In this document: one piece after another, positions 47,536 through 57,442 of the stretch | Layout of the letters: each line of letters starts with the position of its first letter | Numbering within the stretch: the stretch's first letter is position 1 | Assembly: GCA_030017955.1 (NCBI GenBank) | Contig: JASEGR010000003.1 | Span: 6,508 to 70,507, forward strand | Reading direction: 5' to 3' | DNA: 64,000 nucleotides | Source of the DNA: Candidatus Eiseniibacteriota bacterium | GTDB taxonomy: Bacteria; Eisenbacteria; RBG-16-71-46; JASEGR01 | Made by a program: the position numbers and the translations under genes | Notes under the pieces: model-generated | What the model saw: only the letters and a program-made list of their open reading frames with translations | Databases searched by the model: none | What the model was told of the DNA's origin: nothing

Positions 47536-47795
47536 TGTTTGTTCTCCTCGCGTATTGGACTAAACTCTTAGGCGTTTGATCTTTTCCACCCAATTCCGTT
47601 CCAACGAATAGCGGCAAGGATACCATTCCCAAGTTAGAGGATATTAAGAGACACGGCAAGTGGAAATACGGGGCAGTGCATCTTATTCATCGAGCGTGTG
47701 CCGGGCGAAAAGATACCTATCTCCCCAAGCCGTGGGAAACTCCCCTTTACCTGTGCTTGCTTGAAGGAGGCGCGTAGAAGTGATATTCTTAAGTA

Positions 47796-49358
47796 TTGGT
47801 ACCTTATCGGACCGCCCGTGGATGGGCCCGGGCATCAGACTTGGAACCTCCGAACTTGCCAAAGGCCACTCAAATACTAGCGTTTTCTGCCATCCTGGTG
47901 CTTGCTGCTGTCCCGGCTTACCTTTTCTCGGCTCCTATTCATACGACATACCTCTGGCATATGCATCAGCCAATCTACTGGCCTGACAAAAGCACGTGGA
48001 ATCCGTGGAGATATGAGACTGCTTTCGAAACCGTAACTCTGGGACATTCACAGAGTGATGTTTTCTCCATATTCAACTGGGTGGTGGTCCCCGATATTCA
48101 CATTGCAAGGGCGTGCAAAGACTATCCGTTCGCCGGCCAGGAGGACAACTGCGATCCGCCAAACCAAGCCGACAAGATAAATCCGCCTCAAGGCACCTAC
48201 ACGAAAACGAGCATTTCGAGAGGAGTGGCCGTAAAGGTGCCGCCCGGATACGCAGAAAGACCGCACTACGCAAAGTACATCGACCCCGGAACCGGGACGG
48301 AATACAAGATCCTGGTCATCCCTTCGGCGATGGCACCGAGTTGGAATGAAGGATACGGCATGTACGGAACGAGTGAGATTGACTCGATGGCCCGGTTCAA
48401 TGATCCGGCGCACCCAATTCTTGTTCTGTTCAGCCACGATGGAGACAACGCCTGGTCAGGCGGATACTCTTATTACTACGAGAATGTATCAAGCTTCAGC
48501 CATCAGGCGGTCTCAAGAGGCTACGAGCCGACAACGGTGGAAGAGTACCTTCAGGATCATCCTGTTGATCTGAACGACATCGTTCATGTCGAAGCGGAAG
48601 ATAGCCAGGGCAATGTAAAGAGAACTCCGATTCAGCACGTCTGGATCGGGACCGGGGCCGGTGGAGATGAGGCTTGCTTCTGGGAACCGGAAACTCCTTC
48701 TTTAGGCGACACTCTCTCCATCTTCTACAGCGCGGTTTATGGCACGCTTCCTGACACAGCAAGCAGAGTCTTCATCCGCATCGGACATAGCGGGTGGAAA
48801 GACATTCTCACGCCTGACCCAGCAATGGTTTTTGATGCCGAAAGAGATTACTGGAAGTACCGCTATGCAATTCCGTCTCAGGCAACCTCCGTCGATTTCG
48901 TTTTCAACGATGGGAGAGGGAATTGGGACAATAACAGTGGTGATGATTGGACAGTACCCGTATCGGGAACCATTCAATTTGTGATGGACGGCGTGCTCGA
49001 TTCGTCTGCTGTGAAGATCGCAAGTTCAAGCGGAATCGATCTGCGGGCTTGTGTGAGCGGTACGGTTCTTTACTTCGCCACTCAGGGGGTCCTATCTACA
49101 AACGGTGTGGATCACTTCGTTTTCGTTTCGACTTCGCCGGGAAGCTTGAAATCGGCACCCTGGGCAAAGTCCGGGAGTGTGGCTTCCTGGAACTACTTCC
49201 TCGGCGGTGAAGATTCAAACAACTGGTGCGGCTGGTTTGACGGGGCAGGAACGTTAGTGAATTCATCTTCTCTTGGGAAGGCGCAAGGAGCTGCGCTTGA
49301 GGGAACGATAGACCTGGAGGCTCTATTCAGGACTATGCCAAGAAGGTCCTCTACCTGA
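47796..49358 (+). CDS. Secreted carbohydrate-active protein: N-terminal GH57-like domain (HxHQPxY motif) and C-terminal CBM25/26-like starch-binding module
   Basis: Signal/anchor ILAFSAILVLAAVPAYLFSA. YLWHMHQPIYWPD is the GH57 conserved-region-I-like motif. The C-terminal FVFNDGRGNWDNNSGDDWTVPV resembles the CBM25/26 (NWDNNxGxNY) motif. Confidence 0.45.
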   Translation: MVPYRTARGWARASDLEPPNLPKATQILAFSAILVLAAVPAYLFSAPIHTTYLWHMHQPIYWPDKSTWNPWRYETAFETVTLGHSQSDVFSIFNWVVVPDIHIARACKDYPFAGQEDNCDPPNQADKINPPQGTYTKTSISRGVAVKVPPGYAERPHYAKYIDPGTGTEYKILVIPSAMAPSWNEGYGMYGTSEIDSMARFNDPAHPILVLFSHDGDNAWSGGYSYYYENVSSFSHQAVSRGYEPTTVEEYLQDHPVDLNDIVHVEAEDSQGNVKRTPIQHVWIGTGAGGDEACFWEPETPSLGDTLSIFYSAVYGTLPDTASRVFIRIGHSGWKDILTPDPAMVFDAERDYWKYRYAIPSQATSVDFVFNDGRGNWDNNSGDDWTVPVSGTIQFVMDGVLDSSAVKIASSSGIDLRACVSGTVLYFATQGVLSTNGVDHFVFVSTSPGSLKSAPWAKSGSVASWNYFLGGEDSNNWCGWFDGAGTLVNSSSLGKAQGAALEGTIDLEALFRTMPRRSST

Positions 49359-49391
49359 AATAGAATAACGAGCTCCGCTGCCCCTCATCAA

Positions 49392-49427
49392 CCTCTCCCC
49401 CTCGGGGAGAGGATCAAGGTGAGGGGA
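49392..49427 (+). repeat. 36-nt palindromic REP-like element, copy 2
   Basis: CCTCTCCCCCTCGGGGAGAGGATCAAGGTGAGGGGA, flanked by an outer inverted repeat CCCCTCA...TGAGGGG. It sits in a ~410-nt gene-free region. Confidence 0.6.
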
Positions 49428-49770
49428 ACTTGCCCTGCGACGCTCCCTTTTCGGGGAGACAGGAACCCAGGAATCTCATTATGTTCGCTCCAACGCCATC
49501 TTACCTTACAGTTGTACACAATGTCTTATTTCTTCACATTAGCCGCTAATTCTGACAGAATACCTGCTCGGCCCAGCACCCGAGACGTTCCGGGCCATGA
49601 AGGAACTGAGTCCCAGTAATCCAAGCATCGTGTATAATGGCGGGTGGTCAAATAGGTTGTGCTGTTCACCGCGCGGATCAAGCTGACTATCATGCGTCTC
49701 CACAACGGCTAGATCTCAGCTGCAGCCTATCCGCGGCAACCCCAGTGACAATAGGAAGCCTACCACCGAA

Positions 49771-50907
49771 ATGAGACAGCATCAGGCAGCAGCGCGCGGT
49801 TCAAAACTGTCAGTTGCTCTTGTCCAGGATTGGCTCACCGGCATGAGGGGAGGGGAGAAGTGCCTCAGCGCCTTCTGCGAGCTCTTCCCTGATGCTCCGG
49901 TATTCACGTTGATTCACAAGAAGGGAACTATCTGGAAGAGCATAGAAGATCACCGTATCGAGACATCTTTCATCGAGAAGCTTCCCTTCGCGTTCAAATC
50001 TCACCAGAAATACCTTCCACTTTTCCCGGCTGCCATCGAGCGGTTCGACCTGCGGGGATTCGATCTTGTCATATCTTCGAGCCACTGCGTTGCCAAGGGT
50101 GTGCTCACATTTCCAGGAACTACTCACATCTGCTACTGTCACACTCCCATGAGGTATGCATGGGACATGTATTGGGACTACTTCGGGCCCGAGAGGGAGC
50201 GCGGAATAAAGGGGAAATTCATTTCGGTCGTCCTGAGCTATCTGAGAACGTGGGATGTGGCATCATCGCAGAGAGTGGATCACTTCATCGCCAATTCGGA
50301 GAACGTGAAGAAGAAGATTGCCAAGTACTACGGGAGAGATTCCGAGGTCATCCATCCCTGGGTTGATACGGAAACCTTCGTAGAAAACGGAAACCCTGGT
50401 GATTACTATCTCATTGTTTCCGCACTCGTTCCTTACAAGAGAATCGACCTTGCCATTGAGGCAACTAGAAGACTCAATGCCCCTCTCGTAATCGTCGGAA
50501 ATGGAGTTGAAAGGAAGAGGCTTGAGAAGCAGGCGGGCCCGAATGTGAAGTTCACCGGATGGCTTGATGGCCAAACGCTTTCGAAGTATTACTCGGGCGC
50601 AAAGGCGGTGATCCTTCCAGGAGAGGAGGATTTCGGAATAGTGCCTCTTGAGGCGCAATCTTGCAGGAGGCCGGTCGTCGCTTACGGAGCCGGAGGAGCC
50701 CTCGAGACCGTGGAAGAGGGGAAGACAGGATTCTTCTTCTATCCGCACACCGTTGAATCCCTGATCGAAGCTCTCGTCAAAGTCGGAAAGGAAAAGCTTG
50801 ATGGGGATGCGATGAGAAAGAACGCTCTCAGATTCACAAAAGAGAACTTCAAAGAAAAGATCAAAGCTTCGATAGAAACAAAGCTGGGGGAGCGAAGTTT
50901 TGGGTAA
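49771..50907 (+). CDS. Glycosyltransferase family 4 (GT-B, RfaG-like)
   Basis: 378 aa. The C-terminal GT4 motif is PGEEDFGIVPLEAQSCRRPVVAYGAGGALETV (E-X7-E). Confidence 0.8.
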   Translation: MRQHQAAARGSKLSVALVQDWLTGMRGGEKCLSAFCELFPDAPVFTLIHKKGTIWKSIEDHRIETSFIEKLPFAFKSHQKYLPLFPAAIERFDLRGFDLVISSSHCVAKGVLTFPGTTHICYCHTPMRYAWDMYWDYFGPERERGIKGKFISVVLSYLRTWDVASSQRVDHFIANSENVKKKIAKYYGRDSEVIHPWVDTETFVENGNPGDYYLIVSALVPYKRIDLAIEATRRLNAPLVIVGNGVERKRLEKQAGPNVKFTGWLDGQTLSKYYSGAKAVILPGEEDFGIVPLEAQSCRRPVVAYGAGGALETVEEGKTGFFFYPHTVESLIEALVKVGKEKLDGDAMRKNALRFTKENFKEKIKASIETKLGERSFG

Positions 50908-52312
50908 GATCGAAAGGCGAAAGAGGGAGACGAAGCTGCAATCCTTCTGGCTTTTGTCCGACTTTGCGTCAATTCTGATTTCGTTCTGCCTCGCATACTC
51001 TTTGAGATTTGGCTGGCCGTTGAGCAAGATCTTCCCGGTCGCGAAAGGTGTCCCATCGTTCACCCTGTATTTCCTGACAGCAGTTTTCCTCGGAGTCTTG
51101 TGGCCTGTTATCTTCCGGACATTTGGATTGTACAGCGTGCGGAGGTCGCTTGCCATCGGCCAGGAAATCTCATCGATCCTGCTAGCGGTCACATCCTGCA
51201 TGATTCTCTCTCTGGCATTGAGCTTCTTCGTAAGGGACTTGAGCTACTCGCGCCTGGTCATCGGCGTAGCATGGGCTCTTTCCATGCTGTTCGTGACTCT
51301 GGGAAGAAGAGTCGTCGGGAAGTTCGTCGGGATTCTTTGGAGAGGAGCGTCTTTCGGAGTGGCAGTTGTCGGCGCAACTGAGGTCGGCCTTCGTCTTGTA
51401 TCGCGACTTCGTGAGAGCCCGCCCCCCGGATTCAAGCTGGCCGGAGTTATTCTTGAAGATGAAGGAACCCAGGTCCCGGAGGATGTCCCGATTCTTGGCT
51501 CTCTGAAGGACATTGGTGAGATCGTTTCGAAGAACGACATACAGACGCTTTGGTTTTCGCTTCCGCTCTCGAAGCATTCCGAGATTCCCGTGCTGATGGA
51601 GAATACGTCTCACCGCGATCTCGATTTTGAATTTGTCCCGGACCTAGTCGAGCTGATGTCGAGAAGATCAAGAGTGACTGAGATTGACGGAATTCCTCTC
51701 CTGTCTCTCAAGGAGTTCCCGCTGGTCGGCTGGAACGTCGTCCTGAAGCGCACCTTTGACGTTGTCTTCTCTTTGGTCCCCCTGATCCTTTTGATTCCGC
51801 TTTTTGCCGTAGTCGCCCTTCTCATCAAGCTTGACTCGAAGGGCCCCGTCTTCTACGAACAACAGAGAATGGGAAGAGACGGCAGGCTCTTTCAGATCCA
51901 CAAATTCCGTTCCATGATTGTAGGAGCCGAGGACAAGACCGGACCTGTCTGGGTGGCGAGAGATGATGTCAGGAGAACCAGGCTGGGGAAACTCCTCAGA
52001 AGGTCCAGTGTGGACGAACTTCCTCAGCTCTTAAATGTGCTCAAGGGAGAAATGAGTCTTGTTGGTCCGCGGCCGGAGAGACCTCACTTTGTCGCGGAGT
52101 TCACGGCGAAGCGGCCCGACTATTTTCAAAGGCACCGGGTGAAGTCCGGAATAACCGGATGGGCGCAGGTGAACGGGCTAAGAGGCGACACGCCTCTCGA
52201 AGAACGGACTGATTACGACCTGTACTACATTGAAAACTGGTCCCTGGGGTTCGATCTGAAGATTCTTGCCATGACCGCCAAGGTGGTCCTGAGCCAAAGG
52301 GGAGCATATTGA
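50900..52312 (+). CDS. Undecaprenyl-phosphate hexose-1-phosphate transferase (WbaP/EpsB-type 'bacterial sugar transferase', initiating enzyme)
   Basis: 470 aa with 4-5 N-terminal TM helices. The C-terminal Bac_transf domain is LDELPQLLNVLKGEMSLVGPRPERPHF...GITGWAQVNG. Confidence 0.85.
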   Translation: MGKIERRKRETKLQSFWLLSDFASILISFCLAYSLRFGWPLSKIFPVAKGVPSFTLYFLTAVFLGVLWPVIFRTFGLYSVRRSLAIGQEISSILLAVTSCMILSLALSFFVRDLSYSRLVIGVAWALSMLFVTLGRRVVGKFVGILWRGASFGVAVVGATEVGLRLVSRLRESPPPGFKLAGVILEDEGTQVPEDVPILGSLKDIGEIVSKNDIQTLWFSLPLSKHSEIPVLMENTSHRDLDFEFVPDLVELMSRRSRVTEIDGIPLLSLKEFPLVGWNVVLKRTFDVVFSLVPLILLIPLFAVVALLIKLDSKGPVFYEQQRMGRDGRLFQIHKFRSMIVGAEDKTGPVWVARDDVRRTRLGKLLRRSSVDELPQLLNVLKGEMSLVGPRPERPHFVAEFTAKRPDYFQRHRVKSGITGWAQVNGLRGDTPLEERTDYDLYYIENWSLGFDLKILAMTAKVVLSQRGAY

Positions 52313-52890
52313 CGAAAGAGCGCCTTGGGAAGATCGTCTTTTCGCTAAGGAGCTATACTCCGATTCCCTTCCTTCTGGCGGCTCTTGTCTGGTCCAGGGT
52401 GAGCTGGGGAAGCTATTTTTCGGGACTCGCACTTGTGATTTCCGGCGAGGCCGTGAGGTTGTGGGCAGTTAGCATAGCTGGCCCCATGACGAGAATGAAG
52501 AATGTCGGGGCCGCAGAGCTAATCACCGCCGGACCTTTTGCTCACACCAGAAATCCCCTTTACTCAGGAAATTTTCTCATCGGATGCGGCTTCTGCATCA
52601 TGTCCTGGGCGCTTATGCCCTGGCTGCTCATGGGATTCGTCTTCGCTTTCTTCGTCCAGTATTCGTTGATCGTCTTGCATGAAGAAGAATTTCTCAAGGA
52701 AAAGTTCGGCGTCAAATACTCCGAATACGCGCATGATGTTCCCGGAATTTTCCCCAGATTCAATCCCTACAAGAAGAGATCAGGGCCTGTTCCGAGCATC
52801 GTGCGGGGCCTGAAGTCCGAGAGAAGAACGCTTCAGACAATCGTGCTTCTCCTGGTCCTCTTCATAGCCCGGCGGCTCCTTCAATCCTGA
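52309..52890 (+). CDS. Isoprenylcysteine carboxyl methyltransferase (ICMT)/PEMT-family membrane methyltransferase
   Basis: 193 aa, multi-TM. The C-terminus GPFAHTRNPLYSGNFL...EEEFLKEKFGVKYSEYAHDVP matches the ICMT/PEMT signature (R-H-P-x-Y...EE..L...FG..Y..Y). Confidence 0.6.
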   Translation: MTKERLGKIVFSLRSYTPIPFLLAALVWSRVSWGSYFSGLALVISGEAVRLWAVSIAGPMTRMKNVGAAELITAGPFAHTRNPLYSGNFLIGCGFCIMSWALMPWLLMGFVFAFFVQYSLIVLHEEEFLKEKFGVKYSEYAHDVPGIFPRFNPYKKRSGPVPSIVRGLKSERRTLQTIVLLLVLFIARRLLQS

Positions 52891-52951
52891 AGGAATCTTT
52901 CATGCCATCTTCCAGAGAAGAGATGGGAACTCTCCAGAGACAGGAGCGGGA

Positions 52952-54040
52952 GTGAGAATCATCTTTGTGAACACCTCGAGGATTTGGGGAGGGAACGAGA
53001 AGTGGACATTTGAAGCCATCAAGGGTCTCCGGTCACGGGGGAACGAGGTGGCTCTTATCTGCGGCAGGAGCCTTCTGGAGAAAAGGGCAAGAGGGCTTGG
53101 GATCCAGGTTGTCCGGATGCGCATGAGAAGCGACATTGACCTCATTTCACTTTTCAGACTCACGGTTTTCTTCAGGACGTGGAAACCTCGGAGCGTCGTA
53201 CTCACGAGGGGAAGGGAATACTGGCTTGGCGGAATCGCCGCGAGAATGGCACGGATTCCGTTCATCGTTGCCAGAATCGGGATTGAAAGAGAGGTAAGAC
53301 GTTCCCTCAAAGACAGACTCATCTTTGGATTCCTTCTCGACAAGATAATCGTGAACTCGTCCTCGATACGCAGCTCTCTCCTGAGCGGCGGCGCAATCCC
53401 TGCCGATAAGGTCGCGGTCATCTATAATGGAGTCAGGACGGATCCGCCTGACGAGAAAGCAAGGCAGCGGATAAGAGAGAGTCTTGGCGTTCAGAAAAAT
53501 GAACTTCTCATTGGGACGGCAGGAAGGCTCATACACAGAAAAGGAGTAGACATCCTGCTCGATGCAGGGAAGAGACTTATGCTCAAGGACAAAAGTGTGA
53601 AACTGGTCTTCTTAGGCGACGGCCCACTGAGAGAAGACATACTTGCAGCATCCAGGGAGGAATGTTTCAGCGGCAGGATTATCGTCACGGGCTTCATCGA
53701 AGGCATCGAAGAATATCTTGCTTCCCTGGACATGTTCGTTCTCCCTTCGCGGGCAGAAGGAATATCGAATGCCCTTCTTGAAGCGATGGGACTCGGTATC
53801 CCATCCATCGCTGCCAGAGCAGGCGGTCAGGAAGAGGCAATTGCAGACGGGGAAACCGGATTTCTGGTCGGGAAAGAAGATGTGAGCTCACTTTGTGAAC
53901 GCCTCCTCGAGCTGACCTCGAAGCCCGACAAGAGATCGACCATGGGGAAGCTGGCAAGACATTTTGTGGGCGAGAGATTCCCAATGGACGTGATGCTCGA
54001 GAAGCTCGAATCGCTGCTCGCCGGCGGCGAGAAAGGCTGA
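52952..54040 (+). CDS. Glycosyltransferase family 4
   Basis: 362 aa. GT4 C-terminal motif PSRAEGISNALLEAMGLGIPSIAARAGGQEEAI. Confidence 0.8.
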   Translation: MRIIFVNTSRIWGGNEKWTFEAIKGLRSRGNEVALICGRSLLEKRARGLGIQVVRMRMRSDIDLISLFRLTVFFRTWKPRSVVLTRGREYWLGGIAARMARIPFIVARIGIEREVRRSLKDRLIFGFLLDKIIVNSSSIRSSLLSGGAIPADKVAVIYNGVRTDPPDEKARQRIRESLGVQKNELLIGTAGRLIHRKGVDILLDAGKRLMLKDKSVKLVFLGDGPLREDILAASREECFSGRIIVTGFIEGIEEYLASLDMFVLPSRAEGISNALLEAMGLGIPSIAARAGGQEEAIADGETGFLVGKEDVSSLCERLLELTSKPDKRSTMGKLARHFVGERFPMDVMLEKLESLLAGGEKG

Positions 54041-54045
54041 TTCCA

Positions 54046-55203
54046 TTGAAAATCCTGAAGAGGCTCGAGAAAGCCAACAAGGCACTTTTTTCTCTCATCC
54101 TCTCTTTGTCTCTCCGTCCCAGAGGAGAAAAGGAAATTCCGGGCAGGGATGAGATCAGAAGGATCCTGCTCGTGAGACATGACGATAGACTCGGGAATCT
54201 AGTTATGCTAACGCCTCTTCTTTCGGCGCTAAGAAGCCATCTTCCTCACGCCAGGGTGACCATGCTCGTCGGAAAAAGATATTCAGACCTGTTCAAGCAT
54301 GACCGGCGAATTGACGAGCTCCTCATCTTCACCCGTGGACTGGGGCCGAGGAACCTCCTGGGTATTCTCCGCCTGGCCATCAGGCTCAGGAAAGAAGAAT
54401 TCGATATTGCCCTCGATCTCTCCCACGGCCATTCGTTTTCGCTCACGAATGCGCTTCTCATCCGGTTTTCAAAGTCCATGGTGAGGATTGGCTACAAGAG
54501 GGGGCTAAGTAACAGATTCATTGATAATGAGCTACGGATGTCTGTTCACGTGACACATGAAATCAATATCTTCCTCGGCCTTCTGAGGACAGTGATAGAA
54601 GTGCCGGTGGATCTGGAGCCCAAAATCGCTCTTCGTGACGAGGACCTTCGCGGCGGGAGGGAACTTCTTCGCAGAATCGGCTTCCGCGGCCGGGAGGCAG
54701 TAGTTGGAATTCATCCGGGCGGAAGAGGAGACAAGCTCTGGCCCATCCAGAATTTCCTGAGAGTTGCCGAGCTCCTGAAGGAAAGTGGAGCGGAGGTCGT
54801 CTTCTTCCTGGGTAATCCTGAGAGAAGGCTGATTTCGATGGCGCACGCGGAAGGAAGATTCAAGATTCTCAAGGGCTCATCCACCTCCGCTGAGGCAGAA
54901 TCGCAGTCCGGCTCGCCTGATTCCTCCTCCTTCGGGGCGTTTCAGCCTTCAGGCGTGATTGAGCTGGCCGCCCTCATTAAGAACTGTTCTGTCTTTCTGT
55001 CAGGGGACTGCGGGCCGATGCATCTTGCAGCCGGGCTGAAGGTTCCAACTGTTACAATCTTTCTCGTTGAGAACTATGGGCGATATGGCTACGCCGGTGA
55101 GATGAACAGGATACTGCACGGCCCCGGTGCGGTGAATCCTGAAACAGCCGCAGATTGCGTGGAAGAACTCCTGAAACTCAGTGAGGAGAAACGCTCTTCG
55201 TGA
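54046..55203 (+). CDS. Glycosyltransferase family 9 (ADP-heptose:LPS heptosyltransferase-like)
   Basis: RILLVRHDDRLGNLVMLTPLLSALRS (the GT9 N-terminal pattern) and C-terminal ...FLSGDCGPMHLAAGLKVPTVTIF. Confidence 0.75.
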   Translation: MKILKRLEKANKALFSLILSLSLRPRGEKEIPGRDEIRRILLVRHDDRLGNLVMLTPLLSALRSHLPHARVTMLVGKRYSDLFKHDRRIDELLIFTRGLGPRNLLGILRLAIRLRKEEFDIALDLSHGHSFSLTNALLIRFSKSMVRIGYKRGLSNRFIDNELRMSVHVTHEINIFLGLLRTVIEVPVDLEPKIALRDEDLRGGRELLRRIGFRGREAVVGIHPGGRGDKLWPIQNFLRVAELLKESGAEVVFFLGNPERRLISMAHAEGRFKILKGSSTSAEAESQSGSPDSSSFGAFQPSGVIELAALIKNCSVFLSGDCGPMHLAAGLKVPTVTIFLVENYGRYGYAGEMNRILHGPGAVNPETAADCVEELLKLSEEKRSS

Positions 55204-56321
55204 CCGCCAAGCTCAAGATTCTTTTTCTCAACTCAGTCCGAAGGGAGATGTGGGGCGGAGGCGAGAAATGGATGGTTACTGTCGCAGCCGGCCTCAAAAA
55301 ACGTGGCCATACAGTTTTTCTCGGGGGCAGGGAAGGTTCCCGTTTTCTTGAGGAGGCACGCAAGGCGGGAGTTGAGACGGTGAGGTTCAATTTTCGTGGA
55401 GACCTTGATCCTGTCACTTCCTTCAGGATTTTCCGTTTCATCTGGGAGAACAATCTCACGACGGTGTGCACCAACTACGACAAGGAGCTCAGGCTGGCGA
55501 TGATTCCCGCAAAGCTGTCGAGGGGCACTGCGGTCGTTGCAAGAAAAGGGCTCCCCTTGATACGGGACAGATTGACTTACAGAATATGCTATCAGCACTT
55601 TGTAGATGCGATCATCGTCCCTTCCAAGAGCCTGAAGAGAGAGTTGAGCCAGATACCGTGGCTCGACAAGAATATCATTAACGTTGTGCCGAACGGGGTT
55701 GATGCTTCAAAATACCTTCCTGGCCTTGACAGATCGCTTCTTGCCGAGTTCAGACTTCTACCGGACAGCCCGTCCGTGGGAGTAGTGGCCCGGCTGTCAG
55801 GCCAGAAGGGGCACCTCGCTTTCCTTCAGGCGGCCAAAAAAGTGAGGGAGAAATTACCTGATGCTGTGTTCTTCGTGGTGGGTGACGGGAAGGAAAGAGG
55901 CGCCCTGGAAGAGAGAGCAAGAGTTCTTTCGCTCGAGAAGAATGTAATTTTTGCCGGGCACAGAAGAGATATGACAAAGGTGTACGCGGCGCTCGACGTC
56001 GTCGTCCTCCCTTCACTCTATGAAGGAATGCCAAACGCAGTTCTTGAAGCGATGTCATGCGGGCGGGCAGTGGTCGCGACACGCACGGGAGGAACTGAGG
56101 AGGTGGTTCAGGACGGCATCTCAGGCTTCATGGTCAACAGGGAAGATCACACTGCAATCGCCGAAAGGGTCATCCAACTCCTCTCCGAACCTGAACTTCG
56201 TGAAAAGATGGGGAATGCCGGAAGACGCCTGGTACTTGAGAAATTCACGGTGGAAGATATGATCAAGTCTGTCGAGACGATTTTTCTGTCGCGCTCATTG
56301 CCGGTACCCAACGCGCTATGA
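55200..56321 (+). CDS. Glycosyltransferase family 4
   Basis: 373 aa. GT4 motif PSLYEGMPNAVLEAMSCGRAVVATRTGGTEEVV. Confidence 0.8.
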   Translation: MTAKLKILFLNSVRREMWGGGEKWMVTVAAGLKKRGHTVFLGGREGSRFLEEARKAGVETVRFNFRGDLDPVTSFRIFRFIWENNLTTVCTNYDKELRLAMIPAKLSRGTAVVARKGLPLIRDRLTYRICYQHFVDAIIVPSKSLKRELSQIPWLDKNIINVVPNGVDASKYLPGLDRSLLAEFRLLPDSPSVGVVARLSGQKGHLAFLQAAKKVREKLPDAVFFVVGDGKERGALEERARVLSLEKNVIFAGHRRDMTKVYAALDVVVLPSLYEGMPNAVLEAMSCGRAVVATRTGGTEEVVQDGISGFMVNREDHTAIAERVIQLLSEPELREKMGNAGRRLVLEKFTVEDMIKSVETIFLSRSLPVPNAL

Positions 56322-57442
56322 ACATTCTGCAGTCTCTCAACTTCAGATGGTGGAATGCGAGTGCAGAGTATGCGATAAGTCTGTCAAAGGGCTTATCCGA
56401 CCTTGGACACAATGTGATCACGTTTTCCCGGAATGGAAGCCCGGCATCGAACAGAGCAGAAGAACTGGGACTCAGGGTCGTTTCGCCGGCCGGTATGGGC
56501 TCAAAGAATCCGCTCTCGAGAGTGCCCGTGCTCCGCAGCATGCTCGCAGTATTCCTGAGAGAGAGAATAGAAATCTCAAATCTTCACGATGGGGAATCTC
56601 ACTTTCTTGGCGCAGTTGCTTCACTCTTCTCGGGGAGAAAGACGAAGGTCGTAAGGACATTGAGTGAGACGAGAGGTTCAAAGGCCAATGCCTTTAACCT
56701 TTTCCTCTACAGATTCATGACGGATGCCGTAATCGTGACAAACGGCTGGACGGTTGATGCATTGGCGCAGAAATTCGGAATCAACAGGGAAAGGGTGTTT
56801 TCAGTCCATCCCGGGATAGACACCGAGAAGTTCTCTGCCGGTATGTTCCGCGGAATGCTGCGTTTGAAACTTGGGATTCCTTCTGATGTGCTGCTGGTTG
56901 GACTAATCGGGAGGCTCTCGCCGGTCAAGGGGCAATACTATTTTGTTAAAGCTGCCTCTCTTCTGAGTGACCCGAGAAACATGCGTTTTGTTGTCTCCGG
57001 CAGGGCCGAGGAAGTGAGACACGAAGACTTGATTGAGACTGCCCGGGCGCTTGGTGTCGAGCACCTGTTCTGTTTCCTGGGCGAGTTCAGTGACGTAAGG
57101 GAGGTTATCGACGACCTCGATATTGCGGTTGTGCCCTCTGTCGGCTCCGAAGAGATCTCAAGAATAGTGCTGGAGCTGATGTCTATGGGGAAGCCGGTCA
57201 TAGCTTCTTCTGTCGGTTCGATTCCGGAGTTGATCGAAGACGGAGTGACCGGGCATCTTGTTCCGCCGGGAGACGCAGCCGCGCTTTCGGATAGAATCAG
57301 CGAACTGACGAGGAAAAAGGAAAAACGAACCTTCCTGGGAAAGGCCGCGAGAGAGGAGGCAGTCCGGAAGTTTGACAGCCGGAATGTCGCGCGAAGGGTC
57401 GAGAGAATATTCGAGGACTGTCTCCAGAGGAAGAGAAGATGA
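56318..57442 (+). CDS. Glycosyltransferase family 4
   Basis: 374 aa. GT4 motif PSVGSEEISRIVLELMSMGKPVIASSVGSIPELI. Confidence 0.75.
   Translation: MNILQSLNFRWWNASAEYAISLSKGLSDLGHNVITFSRNGSPASNRAEELGLRVVSPAGMGSKNPLSRVPVLRSMLAVFLRERIEISNLHDGESHFLGAVASLFSGRKTKVVRTLSETRGSKANAFNLFLYRFMTDAVIVTNGWTVDALAQKFGINRERVFSVHPGIDTEKFSAGMFRGMLRLKLGIPSDVLLVGLIGRLSPVKGQYYFVKAASLLSDPRNMRFVVSGRAEEVRHEDLIETARALGVEHLFCFLGEFSDVREVIDDLDIAVVPSVGSEEISRIVLELMSMGKPVIASSVGSIPELIEDGVTGHLVPPGDAAALSDRISELTRKKEKRTFLGKAAREEAVRKFDSRNVARRVERIFEDCLQRKRR

Noticed and set aside
49419-49619. 66-aa ORF (MRGTCPATL...) starting inside REP-like copy 2, as a real gene.
   Set aside because: It shares only the repeat-derived first three codons with hemW. 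The remainder has no motif and an odd composition. It is more likely an artefact of the repeat carrying an SD+GTG module, and is mentioned in the findings instead.
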